Part shown: in pieces, positions 24,799 to 36,200 of the stretch | Position numbering within the stretch: position 1 is the stretch's first letter | How the letters are laid out: the number at the start of each line of letters is the position of its first letter | DNA from: Orbicella franksi | Lineage: Eukaryota | Assembly: GCA_964199315.1 (NCBI GenBank) | Contig: OZ116709.1 | Location: forward strand, 5,952,001 to 6,016,000 | Direction of reading: 5' to 3' | Length of the DNA: 64,000 nucleotides | Position numbers and translations under genes: made by a program | The notes under the pieces: generated by a model | Database searches by the model: none | What the model was told of the DNA's origin: nothing | What the model saw: the letters and a program-made list of their open reading frames with translations, nothing else

Positions 24799-26421
24799 TC
24801 ATTGGAGAGGAGCAACCTTGTTAGTTTTAAATCGAAACCATTTGCGAGCCTCCCTCGCCTTCTTCTGTCCGTTGTCTTCACTCTCCATCGTTAGTTGATC
24901 AACATCTTCAAGTGAGTTTGTTGAAGTGTTCCAGGATGAAGCAGAGCATGACCTTGCTCTCGCACCACGTTGCACGTTCTTCCCACTTTTCGGCGTGCAG
25001 GGTTTCTGGAAGTCTTCATCCAAAGTTGTGGAACTTTGCCATGGTTCTTCTTCACTGTGGGGACTATCCCGTGAATTGGTTAAAGAAGCGCCAGCTGTCG
25101 CGCCCAACTTCCCGTTTTTCTCGCTATGCGAGATTGATTTAAACTCAGTGAAGGGCCAGGAACAAGCAACTTTTGGTTGCTCAAACTCTTCTTCAGGGGA
25201 TTTAAGTACCCTGAAGGGCCAGGAACAAGTAACCTTTGGTTCCTCGAATTCTTCGTCCATGGTTGTGGAACGGTCCCATGAGTTGGTGGAGGGAGAACTA
25301 GTTGTAGCGCTTGCCTGCCCATTTCCCTCACTTTCCGTAGTTGATTTGATCTCTCTGTGAGGTCTTCCAACATTTGGTTCCTTGAATTCTTCTTCCAAGG
25401 TTGTGGAACTGTCCCATGAGTTGGCAGAAGGTGTTGTATTTGCGCCATTTGTCTCATTTTTAGTCTTTTCTGAAGTCGAATTGACCCGATTACAGGGACG
25501 GCCAGTACTTGCTTTCTGAAAACCTTGGTTCGACTTGGAGAAACTCTCCCACAACGCAACGACGCGGGATCTCGTTTTCACGCTCTTCCTAAGCTTGTTC
25601 GTTACGCTCGCGGAGGCCTTTTGAACCTCTCTGAAGTCACGGCCAGTTCTTTGTTGTTGAAGATCTTCATCTGAATTGATGGGACTGTTCCACGAGGTCT
25701 CGGTAGAAGGGCTTGTGCTCGCAGAACTGAAGCTACTAGAGCAGTTATCCGAGCTGCTGTCACGGCAGTCTTCAACTGCCACGCCAAAAATTTGCGCAAT
25801 GGTTTCGTCGGTTGGCAGAGCCGCGTGTCCGCTGTCTGGGTCCCGTGCCGCTGCCTTCTTGATTGCATTTTTAATCTTCTTTATGATTCGTATTTTATTG
25901 GCGCGCGCCTCCTCCTCTTGGCTGTGGATGTGTTTCGTCCTCGGACGGCGCCGTGGTTTTCTCTTCAGCTTTTCCTCGGCAAGCTGTTCCCTTTGCTCGA
26001 GTTTCTTGGAACACACCTGTTTCCATCTCGAAGAGCGCGGTGGCGGCAGTGAAATGTGGGGCTTGCCATTGAGTCCGGATGGACCAGGCTCGCTCTCCGC
26101 GCTGTTTCTCGCTTTACCTGTACCGTTCTCACTCTCTTCTTCTTCTGACGGAAATGACGATGTATCTGAGGAGATCTCATCGTCGGCCTCGAAGCCAAGA
26201 ACTTCAGCGCTGGAAGATACCACCGAGGCACTCTCAGTGTCTTCTCTCAGATCTATTAACTCAGATTCCCACGAATCTGCGTTTGAAGGACGGTTCATGT
26301 GGATTTCAACCTTGGGTGTCCCCCCACTTTCTCCGCTTCCATCTTTTCTCTTGACTTTGTCAAATTTCCCGACTTTCTCGACTCTACTAACTGAACAAAT
26401 CAGCGAATTACAGCTCCCCAT
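24799..26421 (-). CDS. Single-exon 540-aa orphan; Ser/Glu/Lys-rich, predicted disordered, MGSCNS N-terminus, internal repeats
   Basis: True ATG at 26421 and TGA at 24799-24801. A 1.6-kb open frame in an AT-rich genome. No domain recognised. Confidence 0.75.
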   Translation of the reverse strand: MGSCNSLICSVSRVEKVGKFDKVKRKDGSGESGGTPKVEIHMNRPSNADSWESELIDLREDTESASVVSSSAEVLGFEADDEISSDTSSFPSEEEESENGTGKARNSAESEPGPSGLNGKPHISLPPPRSSRWKQVCSKKLEQREQLAEEKLKRKPRRRPRTKHIHSQEEEARANKIRIIKKIKNAIKKAAARDPDSGHAALPTDETIAQIFGVAVEDCRDSSSDNCSSSFSSASTSPSTETSWNSPINSDEDLQQQRTGRDFREVQKASASVTNKLRKSVKTRSRVVALWESFSKSNQGFQKASTGRPCNRVNSTSEKTKNETNGANTTPSANSWDSSTTLEEEFKEPNVGRPHREIKSTTESEGNGQASATTSSPSTNSWDRSTTMDEEFEEPKVTCSWPFRVLKSPEEEFEQPKVACSWPFTEFKSISHSEKNGKLGATAGASLTNSRDSPHSEEEPWQSSTTLDEDFQKPCTPKSGKNVQRGARARSCSASSWNTSTNSLEDVDQLTMESEDNGQKKAREARKWFRFKTNKVAPLQ

Positions 26422-28599
26422 GATTAAGCGAATCTTCTCTCAGCGAAAAAAATTCTCAATGCTGTCTTGATTGTGACGCAAATGTTATTAGCGATTGACG
26501 TGTCCTGATAAACTGCAAGTGCGCGCGCAAAATAAGGCGAGTATCCTTACTTTCAATACTGGCATTTTTTTCTCTTTAACTCTTCCTCGCATGCAGTCTT
26601 TTTAATAGAATGACAGATGTAAGTATTTTTTTAGAAAAAAAAAAGATTACAGCATTTTACTAAGTCTTTATTTCCTGTTTCTAGTTGTATTCAAATGATG
26701 TCTTTCAATCAGTTCTTCGGCGCAAAATCATGTAAGCGAGACTTGTGCGGGTTTCATGTACCTTGGGTACTGCGCGAGGTCCTGGGTACTGCTCCCGAGT
26801 TTTGGACGGCCAGCAAAATTTTTTCACAAACTTCCTGAAATAAAATACCTCATCTTAAGGTACTGTTTATTTATAAATTCAGATGTCGAAACGGTTCTAA
26901 CAATGTTTTAGGCTTTTCTGTTGGGCGTGGACATTTAGTCGCCGACAGAAGGGCACTTTGTCACCGGAAGAAATTTGGTTCTCTAATTAGAAGAATTCTA
27001 CTTGTATACTAATGCAATTGCCACAATCTGATTGGCTGAGCCATCGTAGACTATGCATGTGGCTTGAGCCTGTCTACAAAATGACGTTTTTTGTTTGTCT
27101 AAAGATTCGGAAGAAGATTCAGAGATATCATTTGGTAATTTAATTCCGCGGAGACTACAAAAAGGACATTCACTGTTCTGCGATAATAAAATTTTAAAAT
27201 TTTTGAATGACTTGATGATCGTGTACACAGCTGCATGTTTCAAATTGCAATTTAGCTAAAATTTCGCTAAAACATGAATACTGCTTACATTGCGGAGAAA
27301 TAAGGAAATTTATTAAGAATTCTACTTAAACAATTACTTTACCTTGGCCCCATCACCTATCACCTCAGTGATCAAGAGCAGATCATCTAGTTGTTCAGTA
27401 GTGACGTTTTCACTTGTGTCGGAAAATGATTGGTGCTACACCCGTGTCATCTTTTCATCCAATCGTGACGCATAGTTTTCCTGCGCCTTGCGTCAGCTAC
27501 GTGTATTGGAGTGGTTCATTGTTTTGCATGTGTCCTTTGTGATTGGCTAGAGTGATTTCTTCGGTTTAGGTTTCACGACACTCAATTTGAAGACAGCTCT
27601 CAAAGCCCATGGGCTTATACTTAGCGGCAGGAGCGCAGTGACCATATACGCACGTGCGCACCTCCGGAAATCTCGAAAAAATAACTTTTATAAATTTGCT
27701 TGCAAAGATTGTCTTTAATAAGTTAAGTCGGTCGGTTGACAGTCTAGTCTCTCATATTAAACCTGCTAACAATTATCTCAAAGGCTGAAATATAACCAAC
27801 GCAAGTTACCAAATGTTCAACGCTTTTTCATGTTGTGAGTTATGAAACTCCTGTTCCCTGGAAAACGAGGGAAATGGCATTTGCGAGCCAGTAAATATAG
27901 AAATTTCTCTTCGGTGCGTACTCCACGAAAAATGTTCGCTGCCCCCCTAGGGAGGGCTTTACTTTGGAGGCTAGTTTGGCTATGCGGTTGGGTATATTTT
28001 CCAAGAGGGGTGTGCGGTTATTACTGGAATTTTACAGTAATATGATATCCTTACTTACTCGCTCCCTTAATCCTCTTCGTCCCCTGTGGGACTTAAGGCA
28101 ACAGCAACCCCCCTCCATTCATCCCTATGTTGTGCAACATGCAGTGCCTCGCCCCAAGTGAGTTTTACCACACTCGGCTCAGCCATGACAGTTCAGCGCC
28201 AGGTGGTTTTTTGGACTACATCATGCAAACTGTTCTGGCGTGTGTGTGCAATAATCAAGTTAGTTTATTTACCTTAAAGATTGATAACTTATGCAAGATA
28301 TGGCAGCGTGTATCATTACTGAAGAAAGAAAGATTTAAATCAAATGGAGCTAAAAATCAAGCAAGTCGTAGGATGGGTTAGATTTCCGTCTGGTTCAAGC
28401 CCTTTGTATACTAAAGTAAAAAGTAGCAATGTTTGTATTTGTTACAAAGAGGCGTTTTGGATGGACGTTCTGCGTTGGATTGTCTTGCAATAATAACTAC
28501 TTCTCGTATTGATTAGAGGGAATTCTGAAGCTCATTAATAATTCATCAAGTTTAAACAAAGGAAATCATGACCGTGACGGTGTTTGGATACCCGACCTT

Positions 28600-28815
28600 A
28601 ATTAGCATAGATTTTTACGGTTTTATTTCTCCGTTCTCTCCTTAGTTTTAGTTTCCATTGAGAAGTTATATCAAACACTTTAGACAGTGTTTGACCACAT
28701 TTCCAAACACCTCGAAGTTCGTCAAAAGTACTCCGCTGCGCGTTGCATTTTCAACTTTCTTCTCGGTGTTCGGAAATGTGGTCAAATACGGCCTTTCGTG
28801 TTTGATATATTACAT
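28600..28815. repeat. Dispersed palindromic repeat (ATATCAAACAC...GTGTTTGATAT family); inverted copy at about 33600-33840
   Basis: TCCAAACACCTCGAAGTTCGTCAAAA...TTTCGTGTTTGATATATTAC matches the reverse complement of 33650-33830. Confidence 0.75.
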
Positions 28816-28832
28816 CTAAATCGGAGGCAAGC

Positions 28833-29019
28833 TATAGACCCTTTTCATAAATGGCTGCCAATTATAAATTCTTTTGTAAGTATTAAAATTAGCCTGCCTA
28901 ACCTCGTTCTTGACTTGATAATTCAAAAGAATTTTTACTCCCCAACGAGTTTAGTGAGGCTAATTTAAATACATACAAAAGAATTTTAAATTGGCAGCCA
29001 TTTATGAAAAGGGTCTATA
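28833..29019. mobile_element. Young MITE with 31-bp perfect TIRs (TATAGACCCTTTTCATAAATGGCTGCCAATT)
   Basis: The two ends are exact reverse complements over 31 bp. Confidence 0.8.
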
Positions 29020-30253
29020 TCTTGCTGTTTGCCGTAAACGTCATTCTGAAGATGTTGACCGTAAACAGAGGAAACTCTGGTCCTTTTTCGCTTGAAATTA
29101 GACGCGTTTGGGGTACATTTATATTTTCCTCGCCTGAAGGACTCGTGACCAATAAACGAATCTGCTTATAAAATGTAAAATATATCTTATACAATACCAC
29201 TTTCATTATTTACAACTTTCATTAAAAAATTAAAATTCTAAATTAGTTCTAATCTCATATCATTCTCTGTCCCAAACCCACGCCCACCTCGGGTTGGTAA
29301 TTCCAATTTAACGACGAAAATTCCTATTTACACCGGCGATTATTATACAAAAATCTGCGATATCCATATATGGACAATTCAACATTATGGTGAGGATACA
29401 TTGACCCTTTCATAAGAAGTGCAAAGCTCTCTTACTGAGGTGTGTCCTCTGTTAGTTTTCGAGCCAGGCTAAAAACAGTGTTTAAACTGCAGCAAACTTG
29501 ATGGGAGTGCTAGAATTAACCTTTCTTGACACGAAAGTCGTGCAGTATAATTTGATCAATCGAACGAGGGCCTGCAAGATACAAGGTCTGTGAAGCACTG
29601 CGAAGTAGGTGGGTGTGACGTGTAGCTCGAGCTCGAGTGGTGATTGTGCACAACCCAAAAGCACATCGGAGTCGATAAAAAAGTGAATTATTTATGTTCC
29701 GTAAAACATCACTCATGCAGGGTGTGCATGTAGGGGCCCTTAACCTAATCAGAATTGTTGGGACAACACTGGAAAATCCGACGCGCAAAGAATTAGGATG
29801 GTCATGTTTTAGATCCTTATTTTCTGATCTGCTTCAATCGAGTTTAATTCTCGGCGTTCAGCGGTCGACGTGCACGTATAATTTCACCTAGGGTCTGGAT
29901 TTAATCTTATACACGTCCTAGATATTGTAGTAATCATTCAAGCCCAGGTTCGGAGGATATTAAGAAGTCTGTAGACGTCATAACCGATGGTCGACCTGGG
30001 CCAATATTCCTGTTCGTTTGAGTTCTCCTCTTTACATGCTCTTCGCTTTAAGGTCCTTCATCCTTAAAGCCCTGACATCAATATATAACGTCTCCCAACT
30101 TGCCTCCGCATGTTACACATAATACCAGTAGTGAGAACTTGGAATGTATCGAGACAGACTCTTCACGGTGGTCATTCACTTCATCCTCGCGCCCCGATAT
30201 CTTGACTTGATGGTGATACCCTTGGGAGAAATGAGGCTTTCATCATTCCCCGG

Positions 30254-33200
30254 CTACGGCTTCACAATTTTTCCAGCCGAGGTACTCCTTGTCCCTCTCG
30301 CTGACCAGTTCCGTCGGAATTTTGGCGACGATTCTTTCTCGCTCTTTTTTGGCCGGTAAGACGAGCTCGCGCGCTTAAACGGCAGTGGAATGAAAAGGTT
30401 CTTTCCAGCAACCGCGCCAGCTAAAGAAGTAAGGGAAGAAGACAGCGAAGTAGATGACGACCCCACTCTTACGTCCTCGGTACTCGAGCTGTGAGCCAGT
30501 GGTTTGATGGAAGCGACGGACCCTGAGCGTTGAGTTTTTTGCTCCGTCGTGGGTACACCGTACACTTCCACAATTGCTTCCAAGAACTTCACAAAAAGTT
30601 GCGCTCGGTTGGCGTGACCTCTTTGTTCCTGAAGAAACAAAGAAGAAATTGCATGTTTGGTTGTGCCCAGGAACAAATCATTTGACACTTCAGAAAGATT
30701 TTACTAGTTACTCTTGTAGCCTGTGAACAGGCTCCGGTTGGGAGGGTCTGTTCACGGCTGGAAGGGCTGAGAAGAAATTGGCTAATAGTGAAGTGGCCGA
30801 GGGGTTTCGTCCCGTTTCCCCCTCGCCCCATCCTGGACTAGAGAGCCTGTTCACAGGCTCAACACCTATCACCAATTACTCTTGTTGATTTACAACAGTT
30901 AAACACAATGATTCGTCCATGTTTTAAAGAGGAAACATTTGACTACTTGGTTAAGCAAGAGCTTCATTGCACTCTCTTCACTTTGGTTGACTCGTTGACA
31001 ACAGAAGAGCAATTTGAAGGAAAAGAAACTAATGTTCCAGGAAATTCAGATTGGAGGAGAATACTGAGAACATTTCAAGACAAACGAGCAAGAAAATTAA
31101 GGAAATCACTAGTCAAATATTACCTTAAACTTTGTAAAATGACTGAATCCAGAAAATCCGAACGCTGAAAACGAAAGCAAGTAAAGCAATCAATTGTCTT
31201 TTCTAGTTAGTTCTCAGGCATACCATGAAAGTGAAAGAAAGAAATATTTCAAATAAACATAATAGGTTTAAGAAGCCCAACTGGCAGGAGGCACACCAGT
31301 TGGATATTTACAAGCACGAGCGAGGAGTTGAACTCGGTTCTGTCGAGAACAAATCCAGCTTAGTGGACAGAGCGGGACTTGAACCCGCGAACTTCGGATT
31401 TCAAGTCCAGCGTCCTAACCACTCGGCCACGCTACCAAGGGCCATTGCAGTTCTCATTAATTCTTTAATTCATACTCTGACCTCAATTCACCACTCATTT
31501 TACTCATATACATCACGTTAACTACAGTGTTAAACGAACTACACAAGAAAGCTGTTCGTTTTACTCACTTGAGAGATAACTGGACTTGAGCACAGGATCT
31601 TCAGTTTGTTTGACAGCACTCATGGAGTGCACTATAGTCTGTATAGCTTTCAATGTGGCCACATCATCCGAATGACCGAGCACAATGGACAGATCAGAGT
31701 CCAACAGATTATAACTGTATGAAGACAATCAAAACACTTGGTTAGAAGGTTTAGTCCTCGGTAGTCGTTACAAGGATCGTCACGCAACGATTCTATCAAG
31801 AGTTGCGTGACAATTCAAACTGGAGCTTACAAGTTTATTTACAATTAAGCCCCGCTAGGTCGAAATCTCAGGGAAACGAAAAAATGTTCGAGAAGAGGGA
31901 GGGATTCGAGAAAGCTGATGGTAACTGACTGACAAAGTGTATCCACGTAAGAGAAAAAATTTCAGGCTTCACTTGAAGAAAGTATATTAAATAATGAACT
32001 AAGTTTGATATGAAACATCTGAAACAAAGGCGAATTGTATGCGATGCTCTTTATACTTAAAGGAGCTCAGTCACGGTATTTTGAGGTATTTTGGCCATGT
32101 ACAAAATTACCTTAAAATTGAAGAAACGTGAAAATAATAGTTCACCAAGATAGAAAAACACCAAAAAAATTATAATGAACCATAAATGAACAAGGATGGT
32201 TAAGGATGCAAAAGATTAACACGGATAAGAAACAACGAACATGAAACATTTAGGCTAAACTTTTTAAGATACGAAAACTGTGACGTAGCTCCTTTAATTC
32301 GCCCTTTAGAAACGAGAAGAAATCTGGGGCGAGTCTCATCTCACAGTGTCTTGTGGGATCGTTACTGGGGACAGTATAGCTGCTCGTCTTTTGTTTTGTC
32401 CTCAATGATGATCCCACGAGCCACTGCGTTTCTTTGTCATTTCTAAAGTGGCGGATGAGACCTTAAATCTAGATAAACAACTTGTAAGCACAGAACAGTT
32501 TTCAGTTGTCTTTTACCAAAAACCTTTGAAGCATATTTGAATGGCATATAGTTCACCAATAACGAAGAGACTTCCTGTAGCAAAAGCGATAACTTAACAA
32601 ACAACAGATGTGAAGACGAGGGTAGAAAATTAACAACTCACATAACAGGGAACACCCCTGGGAATACCAAGCTGGCTTCAGCGAGAACCTCGTACAAATA
32701 CCGCGACTCCACATCCCCAGTGATGTGCTCTAATAAGATTGCCTGTCAAAATAACATCGTTTTATCATCCTGATTGCATTAAGTTTTATACAATTGATTG
32801 GATTCCACGGGCGCTGCCTCTTACTGGAGAATAAACTGTTTCATCTGAGTATAAAGCAGACAAGTCATTCGAAATTCATCTATAAAATTATCATAAAGCA
32901 TATAAAAGGGCTAGAATCATGAATCAAAACCACCATAGAACACGCCGGTTACTAAATAATACTCGAGAAATAAAAAGAAATAAATCAATGTAAAAATGAA
33001 CGAACGAACGAACCATCGTACTCGCCTGCAGTTGGTGTTTTTTCAATTTCTCTCGTGTCAAATTCCCGTCCCTTCGTTTTAATGACAGTCTAATAACTGG
33101 CTTTGATTTCTCAAATTGTTAACTATTCCATACTCGTTACCGTAGTTTCCTTCGTTAAAAAGTACCAAGTAACTTTAGATTTGACATATTTTTGACATCG

Positions 33201-36200
33201 CTAGAAAGAAGTGTCTCTATTTATAGCTGGATTTCAGTAGGACAGCAGAAAAATCCGTCGAAAAAAGAAGTCGAAACCATCTCAACATTTCCCTTACCAG
33301 TGTCGTCAATAGCAGGGCCTGGGTCTGAGTATCGTTCACTATCCCTGGGTCCAACAACATGTTTTGACATTCCGAGGGCCACGCAAAGGCCTGGTCATCA
33401 GGGTTGTCATCAGTGGTAATTACGATGGACACTTGGTGCTCCGTATTCAACGAGGTTGAACTTCCGGCGATGGTGCTGTCCAGTCTTTCTGGGTAGGGTA
33501 GGGTTGGGCTGTCAGGTTCCTTTTTGTCGCCTGGGCGTAGATTGGAGCGGACCTCCTCACACACAGGCAATAACGCTGAAATTAACAAGGTCACGTTTAA
33601 GATATCCAAACACCGAGAAGAATATACGACGTGTAGCGGTGGTATTTTTGACGAGCTTTGAGGTAATATATCAAATACGAAAGACAGTGTTCCATCGGGA
33701 TATCCAAACACCGAGAAGGGAATAGAAAATACGACGCACAGGGAGTATTTTTGACGAAATTCGAGGTGTTTGGATAGCCGATGAAAAACGTTCATTTCAT
33801 CGAGTGTTTGATATACCTTCTCCATCGAAACAAAAACTAAGGAGTAAACGGAGAAGTACAATCGTCAAAATCTAAGCTCTTCACTTACCAGCCAAGTATG
33901 CAAGGTTGTCTTGGTTGACTACAAAGGAACCACGGCTGTAATGAAGATGAAAATCTCTCGCTTTTACTCTAGAAATTAGACTTTTTTATGTATTTTTGCG
34001 ATGACAAAAGTACGGGATGCGGGATTCTCGTGATAAAGGAGCGGGAATGCGGGATCAGGACCCCATCCCCACTTCAGACCCTGTTTATTAAACCTTAAAG
34101 TGAATGCACCATGATTGCTTGATCGATCAACAACAAATAACACAACTTAGAGTTAAACAACGGGTTGAAACGTCACCGCAGGTTTGCATCGTAACAGAAG
34201 CGTTGCTAATGCCAGTAGAGACTAAAACTAATTTAACGGACATAGCTGAATAAACTATCAAGATCACATAAAACCCCCAAAATAATGGGGTTTTAGATGA
34301 AAAGAACCCGTATAGGAGTGAATAAGTTCGTCTCGTATTCCTGAAACCTACATTTTCTTCTCAAAGCTTTGAAGCCATCGTATTACAGCACGTGAGAGAA
34401 GTTACTTAAAAGCTTTGAACGAAGATCTCTTTAGTATATTAGCAGCGTTATCTCCAGTACGGTACAAGTCCAGCTATTCTAAGACCATATTTACCCTGTC
34501 TTACGCTTGCTTGTGATGTTATGCATCAAGTTCAGGATACGAATGGCTCGTGCGGACGAGGTGGCCTGGGGATGATATACTCCTAGAACGAAAATCGCAC
34601 ATGTACTAAACTCGTTTTTCCCAATCTAGTAAGTTAACAATTAGATTATGTGCTCGAGATTTCTATGAGGTGATAGCTGATGAGGCCGTAGTCCGAATCA
34701 ACTATCTTAGTGTTATGGAATGGGAGAGAACAAAGGAACAATCACAGCCAATCACAGGGGCAATACTGTGATCAACCAATCAGAAGTCGAACCATACACA
34801 ACGTGTAGCCACCAGCAAGCGCGCGAAAATTTACGTCACTCAAATAGACCTCTTTAGCTTGGGCGGTTTGGTTTCCTATAGCAGACCACGTGATGATATT
34901 CTTGAGAATTCTTGCTTTCAAATTTTTAAATAGTCGCATGTATATCAATGAATAATTTTAAGATGAATAAAAGAAAAATTCTCTAGAGAATATCACGTGG
35001 TCTACAATGGAAAAACAAAGCGCCCAAGCTAAAGAGGTCAACTGCGCGATGGGTCTTGCTCTTGCACCTGATTGGCTAAAAAGGCACTCACGCTGATCGC
35101 TTAGAACAGCTTACATGAGTTTTTTGAACCTACTCTAGAGTTATGCCAGTACACGAGACCAAACTGAGCTCTAAGCAGGTAAGCCCATACCTTTGACTAG
35201 ATGCACCATCAACGCAAAGTGGAAGTTCTGCGAAAATTGAAGACCGACAAAATGATCCATTTGTTTACAGTGAAACTCTAGCAGAGGTTCTTCACGAACT
35301 GCCATGAGAACTTTGTCCACTGGCTGGGAGAGAAAGAAAACAATTGAAAGAGCTTATCTCAGAGATCGGAACTAGCTCTGCTATCTCACTTACAAGTGTT
35401 AAGTCATAAAATACAGTTCAACCGCCAGCCACAGCCACACGTCCATACAGCTGCCGGGCTTTCGCCAACCCATACACTATATAACGACACTGAAACCACC
35501 TCTCCACAAAGGCTAGTAAATTCACCGTTGCAGACAGGTTCAAACGCATGTTATACGAATTNNNNNNNNNNNNNNNNNNNNNNNNNNNNNNNNNNNNNNN
35601 NNNNNNNNNNNNNNNNNNNNNNNNNNNNNNNNNNNNNNNNNNNNNNNNNNNNNNNNNNNNNNNNNNNNNNNNNNNNNNNNNNNNNNNNNNNNNNNNNNAA
35701 ATATATGTTTTTTTGAGTCGTCAATTCACTTAACACTGGAGCATTTAAACCGAACGTTATCAAAATCTCAAACCAACCTCAGATTCGAAGGCGCCATGTG
35801 TTTCAAGTGTTATGAGGCTCTGCTCCACCAGCGCCAGGCCACAAGGATAAAGAGAGACCTCTGACAACTAAACGAAACACACACTTCATTAACGTTTAAA
35901 TTCCAACTGCGTTCGTTCGTCTTTACAGTGTATAGTACTTTCACTTTACCTGAAGCACTGCAACAGCAATCCAGAAAAATGCCTTGTGAAACTTGGAATC
36001 CTAAAACAAGTAAAGCAGACTTAATCATGTTAAGTTTTACGGACGCACACACAAAAAATTATGTTGACCTAAGGTAATCAGGAGCTGGGATCGACAGACA
36101 GACAGAAAGACGGACAGACAGACAGGTAGATACATCGTCTAACAACCTGACCCATGTACTACCTGTCTGGTTCTGAGTGACTTACCAAATCAATTGACTG

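Noticed and set aside
25676-26470. 264-aa plus-strand ORF and other long frames overlapping the orphan
   Set aside because: These are antisense shadows of a Ser/Glu/Arg-rich CDS with non-ATG starts and no independent signal.
26541-26549. GTATCCTT, a U12-type 5' splice-site word
   Set aside because: An 8-mer is expected about twice by chance in this window, and no matching gene or U12 branch site was found.
30170-30256. Possible stop-codon readthrough of NF1 (TAG C, then 25 open codons)
   Set aside because: The length is unremarkable, the C-terminus already resembles the known NF1 end, and there are no conservation data.
32515-32575. Exon-like segment ([19 protein letters not shown]) in an NF1 intron
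   Set aside because: It is phase-incompatible with the flanking exons and has no NF1 similarity.
33600-33861. N-terminal part of the 214-aa ORF and similar ORFs at 28687-28968, 42083-42280 and 50405-50821
   Set aside because: These are open frames running through MITEs or repeats. Only the embedded NF1 exons are real.
34670-34710. CTGATGAGGCCGTAGTCCGAAT hammerhead-like string
   Set aside because: It lacks the full GAAA box and helices, and it is part of a palindromic dispersed repeat also seen near 45880 and 49780.
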